DNA of 64,000 nucleotides, taken from positions 10,452 through 74,451 of the forward strand of contig JABXIJ010000003.1 in the NCBI GenBank assembly GCA_013373105.1, in the 5' to 3' direction. The DNA is from Flavobacteriaceae bacterium. Its GTDB lineage: Bacteria; Bacteroidota; Bacteroidia; Flavobacteriales; Flavobacteriaceae. Below, in pieces: positions 53,094 through 61,108 of the stretch (position 1 is the stretch's first letter; the number at the start of each line of letters is the position of its first letter). A program made the position numbers and the translations under genes. The notes beneath the pieces are model-generated. The model worked only from the letters and a program-made list of their open reading frames with translations. It searched no databases and was not told the DNA's origin.

Positions 53094-54575
53094 TTAATAA
53101 CCTGGGTTTTGTGGCCAACGATTTCCAGCTAAAGAGATTTCGATTTCTGGTATTGGAAACAATTCGTGTTTACCAGCTACAAAACCATTAATTTCTTGAA
53201 CTGCTCTACCTGTTCTTACTAAGTCAAAAAACCTATGTCCTTCACCTACTAATTCTACCCTTCTTTCATCTAAAATATTATCGTAAAGGGTATTTCCTGT
53301 TGCAGAAATATTATTACTAGTATTACCAAATGCTCTCTCTCTTACTCTATTTAAATAAGCTTGAGCTTTAGTATCATCTGGAGTTGAGCTTCTATTAAAA
53401 GCTTCAGCTGCCATTAATAAGACATCTGCAAAACGTATTGCTCTATAGTTATTTGGGTTAGTTAAATTTCTATCTCCTTGAGCAGCATTACTTCTTGTTC
53501 TAGGAATATACTTTCTATTAAAATAACCTGTATGTTCATAACCAGTACCATATGTTGCACCTGTTTGGTTAGCCCAAGCTACAATATCTAAAATAGCAAC
53601 ATCTTTACGTAAATCTCCTGGCTGAAATGCATCTACAACTTCTTGCACAGGTACATTAAAACTAAATCCTGATGAATACTCTGGTCCTGAATAAGCTCTA
53701 ACCCCATTAAAACCAACTGCAACATTACCCTCACTACACTGTAAACATCCAAAACCCGCACCTTGTCCTTCAAAATATTGAACTTCAAAAACAGACTCTA
53801 TATTATTTTCGCCTGCTTCTTCAAAAATCGATGCATAATTTTGAACTAAATCATAAGGCCCATTTTGAATTAGGTTTTCTAAAACTGAAGCTGCTTCATC
53901 AAATTTATTTTGATATAAATATGCTTTTCCTAACAATGCTTGAGCAGCTCCTTTTGTAACTCTACCAGGAGTAGATTGCACATAAGGCAAAATACTAGCT
54001 GCATAAGTTAAATCTGCTTCAATCTGTGCATAAACATCTGCTTTTGGTGTTCTATCTATATTAAATTGTTCACCAAACTGAATTCTTTTATCTACTTCTA
54101 AAGGTACATCTCCAAACCACTTAACTAATTCAAAATAGTAATAAGCTCTGAGGAAAGTTGCCTGTGCAAGAATTTGATCTTTTCCTGAAAAATCAATTTT
54201 ATCTTTAAACTCAAGAATGTAATTTGCTCTATTTACACCAGCATACATCCAACTCCAAATATCTCTTAATTGTTGATTTAATGGAGTGTGTCTCATATCA
54301 TCAACTTCTTGAATTCCTAAAACATCTGTTGCACTTTCACCTCCTGCTAAAGTATTGTCTGATGCAATTTCACCTAGCATTACATTTAGATAAGTTGATT
54401 GCAACATATCGTAAGCACCAATTAATGCATCTTCGTAATCTTGAGGTGTATTAAAAAAGTCTTCTGAATTGTCTGAAGTAGGTTTTACCTCAACAAAATC
54501 ATCGCTACATGAGTAATTAAATCCGATAAAAAGGACTAAACTCAATAAAATTTTTATGTTTATTTTTTTCATCAT
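53094..54575 (-). CDS. susD: SusD/RagB family nutrient-binding outer-membrane lipoprotein
   Basis: It has a lipobox (NYSC) and TPR-like helical SusD blocks (RAYYYFELVKWFGDVPL, GKAYLYQ, RFADVLLMAAEA, ERRVEL.GEGHRFFDLVR). It lies directly downstream of susC. Confidence 0.9.
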   Translation of the reverse strand: MMKKINIKILLSLVLFIGFNYSCSDDFVEVKPTSDNSEDFFNTPQDYEDALIGAYDMLQSTYLNVMLGEIASDNTLAGGESATDVLGIQEVDDMRHTPLNQQLRDIWSWMYAGVNRANYILEFKDKIDFSGKDQILAQATFLRAYYYFELVKWFGDVPLEVDKRIQFGEQFNIDRTPKADVYAQIEADLTYAASILPYVQSTPGRVTKGAAQALLGKAYLYQNKFDEAASVLENLIQNGPYDLVQNYASIFEEAGENNIESVFEVQYFEGQGAGFGCLQCSEGNVAVGFNGVRAYSGPEYSSGFSFNVPVQEVVDAFQPGDLRKDVAILDIVAWANQTGATYGTGYEHTGYFNRKYIPRTRSNAAQGDRNLTNPNNYRAIRFADVLLMAAEAFNRSSTPDDTKAQAYLNRVRERAFGNTSNNISATGNTLYDNILDERRVELVGEGHRFFDLVRTGRAVQEINGFVAGKHELFPIPEIEISLAGNRWPQNPGY

Positions 54576-54582
54576 CTTTAAT

Positions 54583-57500
54583 TTAAAAGTTAACATTCAT
54601 ACCAAATAAAAATGTTTTTGGGTTTGGATAAAACCCTTGATCTATACCACCTCCAATAGACGCGCCATTAGAAGTTGTTGGATCAAATCCTCTATAATTA
54701 GTTAGAGTGAATAAATTTGTAGCAGAGACATAAAATCTTAATTTATCAAATTGTAATTTTTTTAACATTTTTTCACCTAAGCTATACCCTAACTGAACAC
54801 TTTGTAATCTTAAAAAAGAACCATCTTCTACATAAAAATCTGAGAATAAAATGTTTCCTGTAGCTCCAGTTGTTACTCTTGGAAAAGTATTACTTGTTCC
54901 AGGACCTGTCCATCTATCTAAATAGTAAGTTGGTCTGTTAGTTAATGGTAAATTTCTTTCATAGTTTCTTACAATTTCGTTACCAATAGATGCGAATGCA
55001 TAGGCATTAAAATCGAAATTTTTATAGTTAAATGAGAAATTAAAACCCATAGTTACATCTGCAAATGGATCTCCAATATAAGTTCTATCATCACTATTTA
55101 TAACACCATCTCCATTTACGTCTACAAAACGTAAATCTCCTGGTGCAGCATTTGTTTGAGTAGCATGTGAATTAACATCTGCTTGAGTTTGAAAAATTCC
55201 ATCAGTTTTATATCCATAAAAATATCCAATAGGAAAACCAGCTTCCATTCTTGATGGTGGCTCTTGACCAACTCCAAAAGAACCTCCTTCTATAATACCA
55301 GTTTCATTTCCAACAAAAGTTACTTCGTTCTTTATAAATGTAGCATTGTAATTTATATTAAAATTAAAATCTTCATTTACTGCTTTCCTGTATCCAATAG
55401 CAAACTCAAATCCTTCGTTTACAACAGTACCTGCGTTTATAAATGGCACTGATGAACCTGGTGCTGCAACCCCAATTATACCTGAAGTTTGTGCTGCTAC
55501 TAAAAGATCATCTGTAGTTTTTCTAAAGTAATCTGCAGTAATATTAATATCGTTAAATATTTCCATATCAATACCAATATCTAATGGTTTTTGCTGCTCC
55601 CATCTAATTTCAGGGTTTGCAATTGGCCCTATAGCTAAACCTTGTTCAAGTTGATTGTTGAAAACATACTCTGCTTCACCATTTAAAACAGAAACAAATC
55701 TAAATCCACCAATTCTATCATTACCAAGAATACCATAACTTGCTCTTAACTTTAAAAAATTAATTACACTGTTGTCTTTTAAAAAGTCTTCTTCAGAAAT
55801 AACCCAACCTAAAGATGCAGTTGGGAAGAATCCAAATTTATTCTGTGGTCCAAAATTTGTTGAACCATCTCTTCTTAATACTGCTGAGAATAGATACTTA
55901 CCATCATAAGAATATTGCAATCTTGCAAAATATGAAAGTAATCTACTGTCATAAGATAAGCTTGAGCCATTATTATTATTTCTGTAGATAGCCAAACCAT
56001 CTCCATTTAATACTGGGTTACTTATAACTACATCATTTAAACTAGTACCTGTTGCATTACTAGTTAAAATTGTATTAAACCTTCCAACAGTTTTAAAAAC
56101 TGATGTACCTATCATTGCTTTTACGTCATGTACATCATTATAAACTCTTTCATATTTTAAGAAAGCATCAAAAGTATAATCATATCTACTTATCTCATAG
56201 TCTACAAAAGTAGATTGGTCTATATTAAATACACTTCCATTACCAAAGTTTCTTATTCTGTTAAAAGTATTTGCAGTTTCAACTGAATGATTAGCTTGAA
56301 ATCTTGTTTCTGCAGTGAAATAATCGTAAAACTTATAGTTTAAACCATAACTTCCGGAAATTTTATTAACCCAAGTTCTGTTATTAGCATTATCAATTTG
56401 AGTTAATGGGTTTGCTACTTCAATACCTGTACCTGTTGCAGGTGGCAAAGAAAAATCACCATTTGCATTGTATACAGGAGTTGTAGGTGGCATATTCACT
56501 GCATTAAATAATACTGAACCTAAAACATTTTCTGGTAAGTTTTTCTTATTTGTATTTGTGTATATAGTAGATGATGTAAATTTTAAATTTTCGAGTATAT
56601 CTGTATCAAAATTAAACCTAACATTTCTTCTGTTAAAGTTAGATTTTGAACCTCCAACAATACCATCTTGACTTATAGCAGATATACCTAATGAATAGGT
56701 AGATTTTTCTGTACCTTTATTTAAGGTGTAATCTATATTGTATTGAGCTGCATTTTGAAAAACAGAATTCTGCCAATTAGTTCCTTGTCCTAAACCACTT
56801 ACATTTGGAAAAGGCAAAGCATCTCCATTTGCTGCAAAAGCTTCATTTGCTAATAATACATATTCTGTCGCATTTAATAATGGTATTTCTCTTGTAGTTT
56901 GTTGAAAACCTACAGACATATTTAATATTGATTTAAAGTCTGTATTTTTTCTACCACTTTTAGTAGTTACTAAAATAACACCATTTGCAGCACGAACTCC
57001 GTATATACCTGCAGCAGCATCTTTTAGAATATTTATAGACTCAATATCTGAAGGGTTAACAACACTTAGGTCTTCTATAACTCTACCATCTAAGAGAATT
57101 AAAGGTCTACTGTCTCCATTTGTTGAGACACCTCTAATTCTAATGTTTGATCCAGCACCAGGAGAACCAGAATTTTGTGTAATGTTAACACCTGCAACTT
57201 GACCTTGTAAAGCTTGCTCAATACGAGTTGGCTTTAAGTCTTCTATAGTTGCACTACCTACTACAGTAACAGCACCTGTTACTTCTTTCTTAGTTTGTGT
57301 ACCATAACCAATAACAACAATCTCATCTAGAGTTTCTGCTGATTCAGATAATGATACATCAATAGTTGATTGATTAACAACAACTTCTTTGTTCTGATAA
57401 CCTAAATATCGAAAAACTAAAACATCTCCAGTTTTTGCTTTAATGTTGTAAATTCCATCAAAGTCTGTTTCAGTTCCAATAATAGATCCTTTAATAAGAA

Positions 57501-57627
57501 TGCTAACTCCAGGTAATACCTCACCAGTAGTTGCATCTTTAACAACTCCTTTTACATCTATAGTTTGTGCAGCTATATTTGCAACACAAAAAAGAGTGAG
57601 GAGTAATAAGATTAGATTTTTTCTCAT
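54583..57627 (-). CDS. susC: SusC/RagA family TonB-dependent outer-membrane transporter
   Basis: The signal peptide is followed by a CarboxypepD_reg-like domain (VKGVVKDATTGEVLPGVSILIKGS). A plug domain follows (LQGQVAGVNI, IRIRG...PLILLDG). A ~800-aa barrel ends in an aromatic residue (...GMNVNF). Confidence 0.95.
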   Translation of the reverse strand: MRKNLILLLLTLFCVANIAAQTIDVKGVVKDATTGEVLPGVSILIKGSIIGTETDFDGIYNIKAKTGDVLVFRYLGYQNKEVVVNQSTIDVSLSESAETLDEIVVIGYGTQTKKEVTGAVTVVGSATIEDLKPTRIEQALQGQVAGVNITQNSGSPGAGSNIRIRGVSTNGDSRPLILLDGRVIEDLSVVNPSDIESINILKDAAAGIYGVRAANGVILVTTKSGRKNTDFKSILNMSVGFQQTTREIPLLNATEYVLLANEAFAANGDALPFPNVSGLGQGTNWQNSVFQNAAQYNIDYTLNKGTEKSTYSLGISAISQDGIVGGSKSNFNRRNVRFNFDTDILENLKFTSSTIYTNTNKKNLPENVLGSVLFNAVNMPPTTPVYNANGDFSLPPATGTGIEVANPLTQIDNANNRTWVNKISGSYGLNYKFYDYFTAETRFQANHSVETANTFNRIRNFGNGSVFNIDQSTFVDYEISRYDYTFDAFLKYERVYNDVHDVKAMIGTSVFKTVGRFNTILTSNATGTSLNDVVISNPVLNGDGLAIYRNNNNGSSLSYDSRLLSYFARLQYSYDGKYLFSAVLRRDGSTNFGPQNKFGFFPTASLGWVISEEDFLKDNSVINFLKLRASYGILGNDRIGGFRFVSVLNGEAEYVFNNQLEQGLAIGPIANPEIRWEQQKPLDIGIDMEIFNDINITADYFRKTTDDLLVAAQTSGIIGVAAPGSSVPFINAGTVVNEGFEFAIGYRKAVNEDFNFNINYNATFIKNEVTFVGNETGIIEGGSFGVGQEPPSRMEAGFPIGYFYGYKTDGIFQTQADVNSHATQTNAAPGDLRFVDVNGDGVINSDDRTYIGDPFADVTMGFNFSFNYKNFDFNAYAFASIGNEIVRNYERNLPLTNRPTYYLDRWTGPGTSNTFPRVTTGATGNILFSDFYVEDGSFLRLQSVQLGYSLGEKMLKKLQFDKLRFYVSATNLFTLTNYRGFDPTTSNGASIGGGIDQGFYPNPKTFLFGMNVNF

Positions 57628-57649
57628 GAAAAGTCATTTAATTATAGTT

Positions 57650-57679
57650 GTCGTAAAACTATCGCTATTTTTTTACGAC
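57650..57679 (-). other. Hairpin in the putative susC 5' leader
   Basis: The 9-bp stem gtcgtaaaa / ttttacgac has a 12-nt loop. It lies 23-52 nt upstream of the susC ATG at 57627. No T-run follows on the minus strand. Confidence 0.35.
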
Positions 57680-57796
57680 ATTCATAAAAAAACCTCAACA
57701 AAAAATATACATTCATAAAATGCTCAAAAAAACCTAGATATAACAAAGGTTAAGCAAAAGTTAATTTTTTATAAAATTTACATAAATATTAATGTG

Positions 57797-57805
57797 TTGT
57801 GGTAA
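57797..57805. promoter_or_regulatory. TTGTGGTAA motif copy upstream of susC
   Basis: The same 9-mer occurs at 50025-50033. It lies 170-178 nt upstream of the susC ATG, just downstream of the regulator gene stop. Confidence 0.25.
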
Positions 57806-57837
57806 TGTATAGGTTAAAATTAGAGATGTTTGGTAAA

Positions 57838-60636
57838 TTACAAACTCATTATGTAATCTGTTAAATTTGCATTGTGCTCTAATTGCATTTTTTTTCTTAG
57901 TCTATATCGTTTAACCTCAACACTTCTTGTAGATATATTTAATAGTGGTGCAATTTCTTTCGAAGATAAATTAAGTCTTAAATAGGCACATAACCTTAAA
58001 TCATTTGGCGTTAGCTCTGGATGTTTACTCTTTACTTTATCTATAAAGTTCTTATCAGCATTATTAAATGCTTCTTGAAACATTTTCCAATCGTCTGTAT
58101 TGTTTAAATTCTTATCTATAATCCGCACTACTTTTTGAACATTATCTTTTCCTCCTGAAATTAATTCTTCTTTAATTTTATTTAAGAAATCGTTCTTTTT
58201 AATAATACTCATAGTAGAAGTAGCTAACTCTCTGTTTTTGCTATCTATATCATTTCTTAGCCTTTCATTATTTAACTTAATAATTTTTTGTGAGTTTTCT
58301 AGTTCTTTTAATTCCAGTTCTTTTTGTTGACTTTCTAAAAGTTGTTCTTTTTGATTTCTATAATATTTCTTTGTTATATAATGTATTATAAATAAACTTG
58401 AGGCAGCCAATAGTATATATATTATTTGAAAAAAAGAAGATAAGTACCAAGGTTTATTGATGGTAAAACTGTAGGATGCCTCGTTTAAACTTTGTTTATT
58501 ATCTATAAACGCAATAACCTTAAAAGTGTAATCTCCAGAGGGTAAGTTTTCGAATAAGAATGAATTATTATTAGATCTTGGAGACCATTTTTCATTTAAT
58601 CCTTCTAAAATATATGAGTAATGTATTGAAGATGTTTTATTATAGTTAGGCACACCAAATAAAAATTCTATATTGTTTTGTTTGCTTGTAAAATCTGGCG
58701 AATTATTTAAATCTACATTGTTCTTTTTACCATCTATTGTATAATTTAACACCTTATTAATACTAATATAAAAATCATTTTGAGGTTGTATTTTATCTAA
58801 ATCAATGGTAATATAACCATTAGAAGTACCTATTAAATATTTATTGTTTTTAAGTTTTATGATGTTTTCATAACCAGAAGCTCCTTTGTGAATAGAACCT
58901 TTTATAGGTATTATTTTAATTTTTGGTTGATTACTTAATTTACCTGGAATTAAATAGCGTATGTCTTGCTTAGTAAATGACCATAATTTATTTGTTTTAT
59001 TATCATGAATAAGTTTTGCCGATAAAAAATTATTTAAAGGCATAAGTTTGCTGTACGCTTCATTTCTTTTAAAACTATCTGAGTTATTATCATACACGTA
59101 AACACCTTTTTTACAAGCATATAATATAGCATTATTGTATTTTAACAAACTAGAATGTATTCCTTTTTCAACTGAATTATCTTTAACTATTTCTGTTGCT
59201 TTAGTTAAACTATCATTTAGTTTTAACTTAAATACCCCTTTATATTCATGATTTACAAATACTCTATTATCCTCAAGAATTAAAAAATAACGACTAGAGT
59301 TAGAAAAACTTTCTATTTTATTATTAACAAGCCACTTTCCATTTCTTCTGTTAAGAACATACAAACCATCATATGATCCTTGTAATAGCGTGTTTTGATT
59401 TATTTTTTTAACTCCCCAAGTACCAACATTACTTTGAATGTAATTAGCTTTATTATTTTTTATAATGATAGTTCCTGAATCGTGACTACAAAAAAGTTGA
59501 TCATCTATATTTTGTAAATTCCAAACTTGACCTTCTGTATTAGCAATTAAAGTGAAGTCACTAGTACTATTTAATGCCCTATAATACAAACCTTGGTTTG
59601 TGCCTAAATACAAATTATTGTCATAAATAATAGAAGTATAAATCGTACCCCAGACATTATTTTGTCTAGAATATAATTTAAATGGCGATGTTAGATTAAT
59701 TGTATTTATACCATTATCTAAACCTAACCATAGATTATTATCTATATCTTCAAAAACACATAAAACTGTATTGTTACTTAATCCTAAACCTTGTGTAATT
59801 TGGTAATTTAAACTTCCTGATTCGTCTAAATAAATCATACCATCAGAAATTGTGCCTATGGCAAAACCATTATTAGCCAATCGTTTAGCACTATAAATAG
59901 TTTTATTATTCAGTATGTTTGATGCTGGTATATACCAAGGTATTAATCTATTGTCTTCTAAATAGAAAAATCCATTTTTTTGTGTTAAAAAAAGTAATTT
60001 ATTATTCCATTTAAAAATTTCAACAACTTTATTGTTTTTTAAAATTGAATTGTCTGAAATTAATTTAGGCTTACCATTTTCTATTATAAAAATTCCTTTA
60101 TCAATTTCTTGAAAATACACTGAGTTTTCTACTCTAGACAATTTAATCAAGTTTTTCTCAGAACCAATTACCTTAAACTCTTTGCTACTTAAATTGTATA
60201 GGTAGATTCGTTGTAAAGATTTAAACAACATCCAACCATCTAACTCAACAATTTCCCAAATTTGTTCATCTTCAAGCATTTCAATATTATTGGTCTTAAC
60301 AAGAGAGTTATACTCTAATAAACCAAATTCATTTCTTTGCCAGAAACCAAAATCTAAATAAAAACCAGAATAAATTTTATTTTTATAGTAATACACAGAA
60401 CGCATAATTGTTTCATTTGGTGTAGGAAACAATTGCCAGTTAGACCCATTATATTCTAACAATCCTTCGTAGTTTGCTACATAAATAAAATTATTATCTC
60501 CTTGTGTAATAGACCAATTTTGATTTTCTGCACTATAGTCTTCTGTAGAAAACACATTAATAGGAGGAATTTCTTGCGCAAAAAATGTACTAATTGTAAT
60601 TAATAAATAAAAAAAGACTAATAAATACCTATACAT
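57838..60636 (-). CDS. Transmembrane one-component PUL regulator: periplasmic two-component-regulator-propeller repeats, Y_Y_Y domain, TM helix, coiled coil, LuxR-type HTH
   Basis: It has an N-terminal signal/anchor, and about 700 aa of propeller-like repeats (e.g. DNNLWLGLDNGINTI). A YYY-type Ig domain follows (IHYSYILEGLNEKWS...GDYTFKV). There is a TM helix (58375-58440). The 178-aa cytoplasmic tail ends in LTPNDLRLCAYLRLNLSSKEIAPLLNISTRSVEVKRYRLRKKM. No HisKA/HATPase or receiver motifs were seen. Confidence 0.85.
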   Translation of the reverse strand: MYRYLLVFFYLLITISTFFAQEIPPINVFSTEDYSAENQNWSITQGDNNFIYVANYEGLLEYNGSNWQLFPTPNETIMRSVYYYKNKIYSGFYLDFGFWQRNEFGLLEYNSLVKTNNIEMLEDEQIWEIVELDGWMLFKSLQRIYLYNLSSKEFKVIGSEKNLIKLSRVENSVYFQEIDKGIFIIENGKPKLISDNSILKNNKVVEIFKWNNKLLFLTQKNGFFYLEDNRLIPWYIPASNILNNKTIYSAKRLANNGFAIGTISDGMIYLDESGSLNYQITQGLGLSNNTVLCVFEDIDNNLWLGLDNGINTINLTSPFKLYSRQNNVWGTIYTSIIYDNNLYLGTNQGLYYRALNSTSDFTLIANTEGQVWNLQNIDDQLFCSHDSGTIIIKNNKANYIQSNVGTWGVKKINQNTLLQGSYDGLYVLNRRNGKWLVNNKIESFSNSSRYFLILEDNRVFVNHEYKGVFKLKLNDSLTKATEIVKDNSVEKGIHSSLLKYNNAILYACKKGVYVYDNNSDSFKRNEAYSKLMPLNNFLSAKLIHDNKTNKLWSFTKQDIRYLIPGKLSNQPKIKIIPIKGSIHKGASGYENIIKLKNNKYLIGTSNGYITIDLDKIQPQNDFYISINKVLNYTIDGKKNNVDLNNSPDFTSKQNNIEFLFGVPNYNKTSSIHYSYILEGLNEKWSPRSNNNSFLFENLPSGDYTFKVIAFIDNKQSLNEASYSFTINKPWYLSSFFQIIYILLAASSLFIIHYITKKYYRNQKEQLLESQQKELELKELENSQKIIKLNNERLRNDIDSKNRELATSTMSIIKKNDFLNKIKEELISGGKDNVQKVVRIIDKNLNNTDDWKMFQEAFNNADKNFIDKVKSKHPELTPNDLRLCAYLRLNLSSKEIAPLLNISTRSVEVKRYRLRKKMQLEHNANLTDYIMSL

Positions 60637-60838
60637 ATTGTTGTGTTAAAGATGTACTAAAGTATAAAAATTTTAAACAACATTTTAACTTGTATAGGTT
60701 ATTAAATATTATTAGTGAAACTAGTAAAATTTAATGTTTTATAAAATGTGCTTTTATAAAATGTAATTAATTAATATATATTTAAGTTTATTGTAATTTT
60801 TATCTAAATTTGAAGTATAAAATGATTGACGATAATTG

Positions 60839-61018
60839 ATGAAAAATATTGGTGGTAAAAACATCTTTTTATTGGTAATTTGTGGTCTGATAATAATTGT
60901 ATCTGAATACCTTTTTTTAACAGGTGATAAATTACATGCGATATTTATGGGCTTATGGGTACCTACAATATTAGGATTAATGATATACTTTAAGCTTTTT
61001 AGTAATGACAGCAGATGA
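60839..61018 (+). CDS. Possible small two-TM membrane protein (59 aa)
   Basis: MKNIGGKNIFLLVICGLIIIVSEYLFLTGDKLHAIFMGLWVPTILGLMIYFKLFSNDSR contains two clear hydrophobic helices. A second overlapping 35-aa hydrophobic ORF follows at 61005-61112. No homology was recognised. Confidence 0.3.
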   Translation: MKNIGGKNIFLLVICGLIIIVSEYLFLTGDKLHAIFMGLWVPTILGLMIYFKLFSNDSR

Positions 61019-61108
61019 TATAGTTTTCTACTTTTCAATTTTTGTAGGAATCTGTGTTGTTATTTGGGCCTACTTTATGATTTATGAATATAATAGAGCA
61101 GGTAAAAA

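Noticed and set aside
57628-57837. I tried to call Bacteroidota TTG / TAnnTTTG promoters upstream of susC, the GH-A fusion gene (49807-50105), the GH149-like gene (44238-44311) and the T9SS-cargo gene.
   Set aside because: No exact TAnnTTTG (CAAAnnTA on the plus strand) was found at a sensible distance in these gaps. Calling promoters there would be guesswork without transcription-start data.
60637-60657. ttgttgtgttaaa next to the regulator start codon, considered as a further copy of the TTGTGGTAA motif.
   Set aside because: It is only a degenerate match (GTGTTAA versus GTGGTAA). It directly abuts the ATG, where A/T-rich initiation sequence is expected. It is too weak to count.
60754-61038. 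94-aa minus-strand ORF between the regulator and GH97.
   Set aside because: It is a basic, Asn/Ile/Lys-rich low-complexity translation with no motifs. The plus-strand ORF with two TM helices explains the coding potential slightly better, and even that is low confidence.
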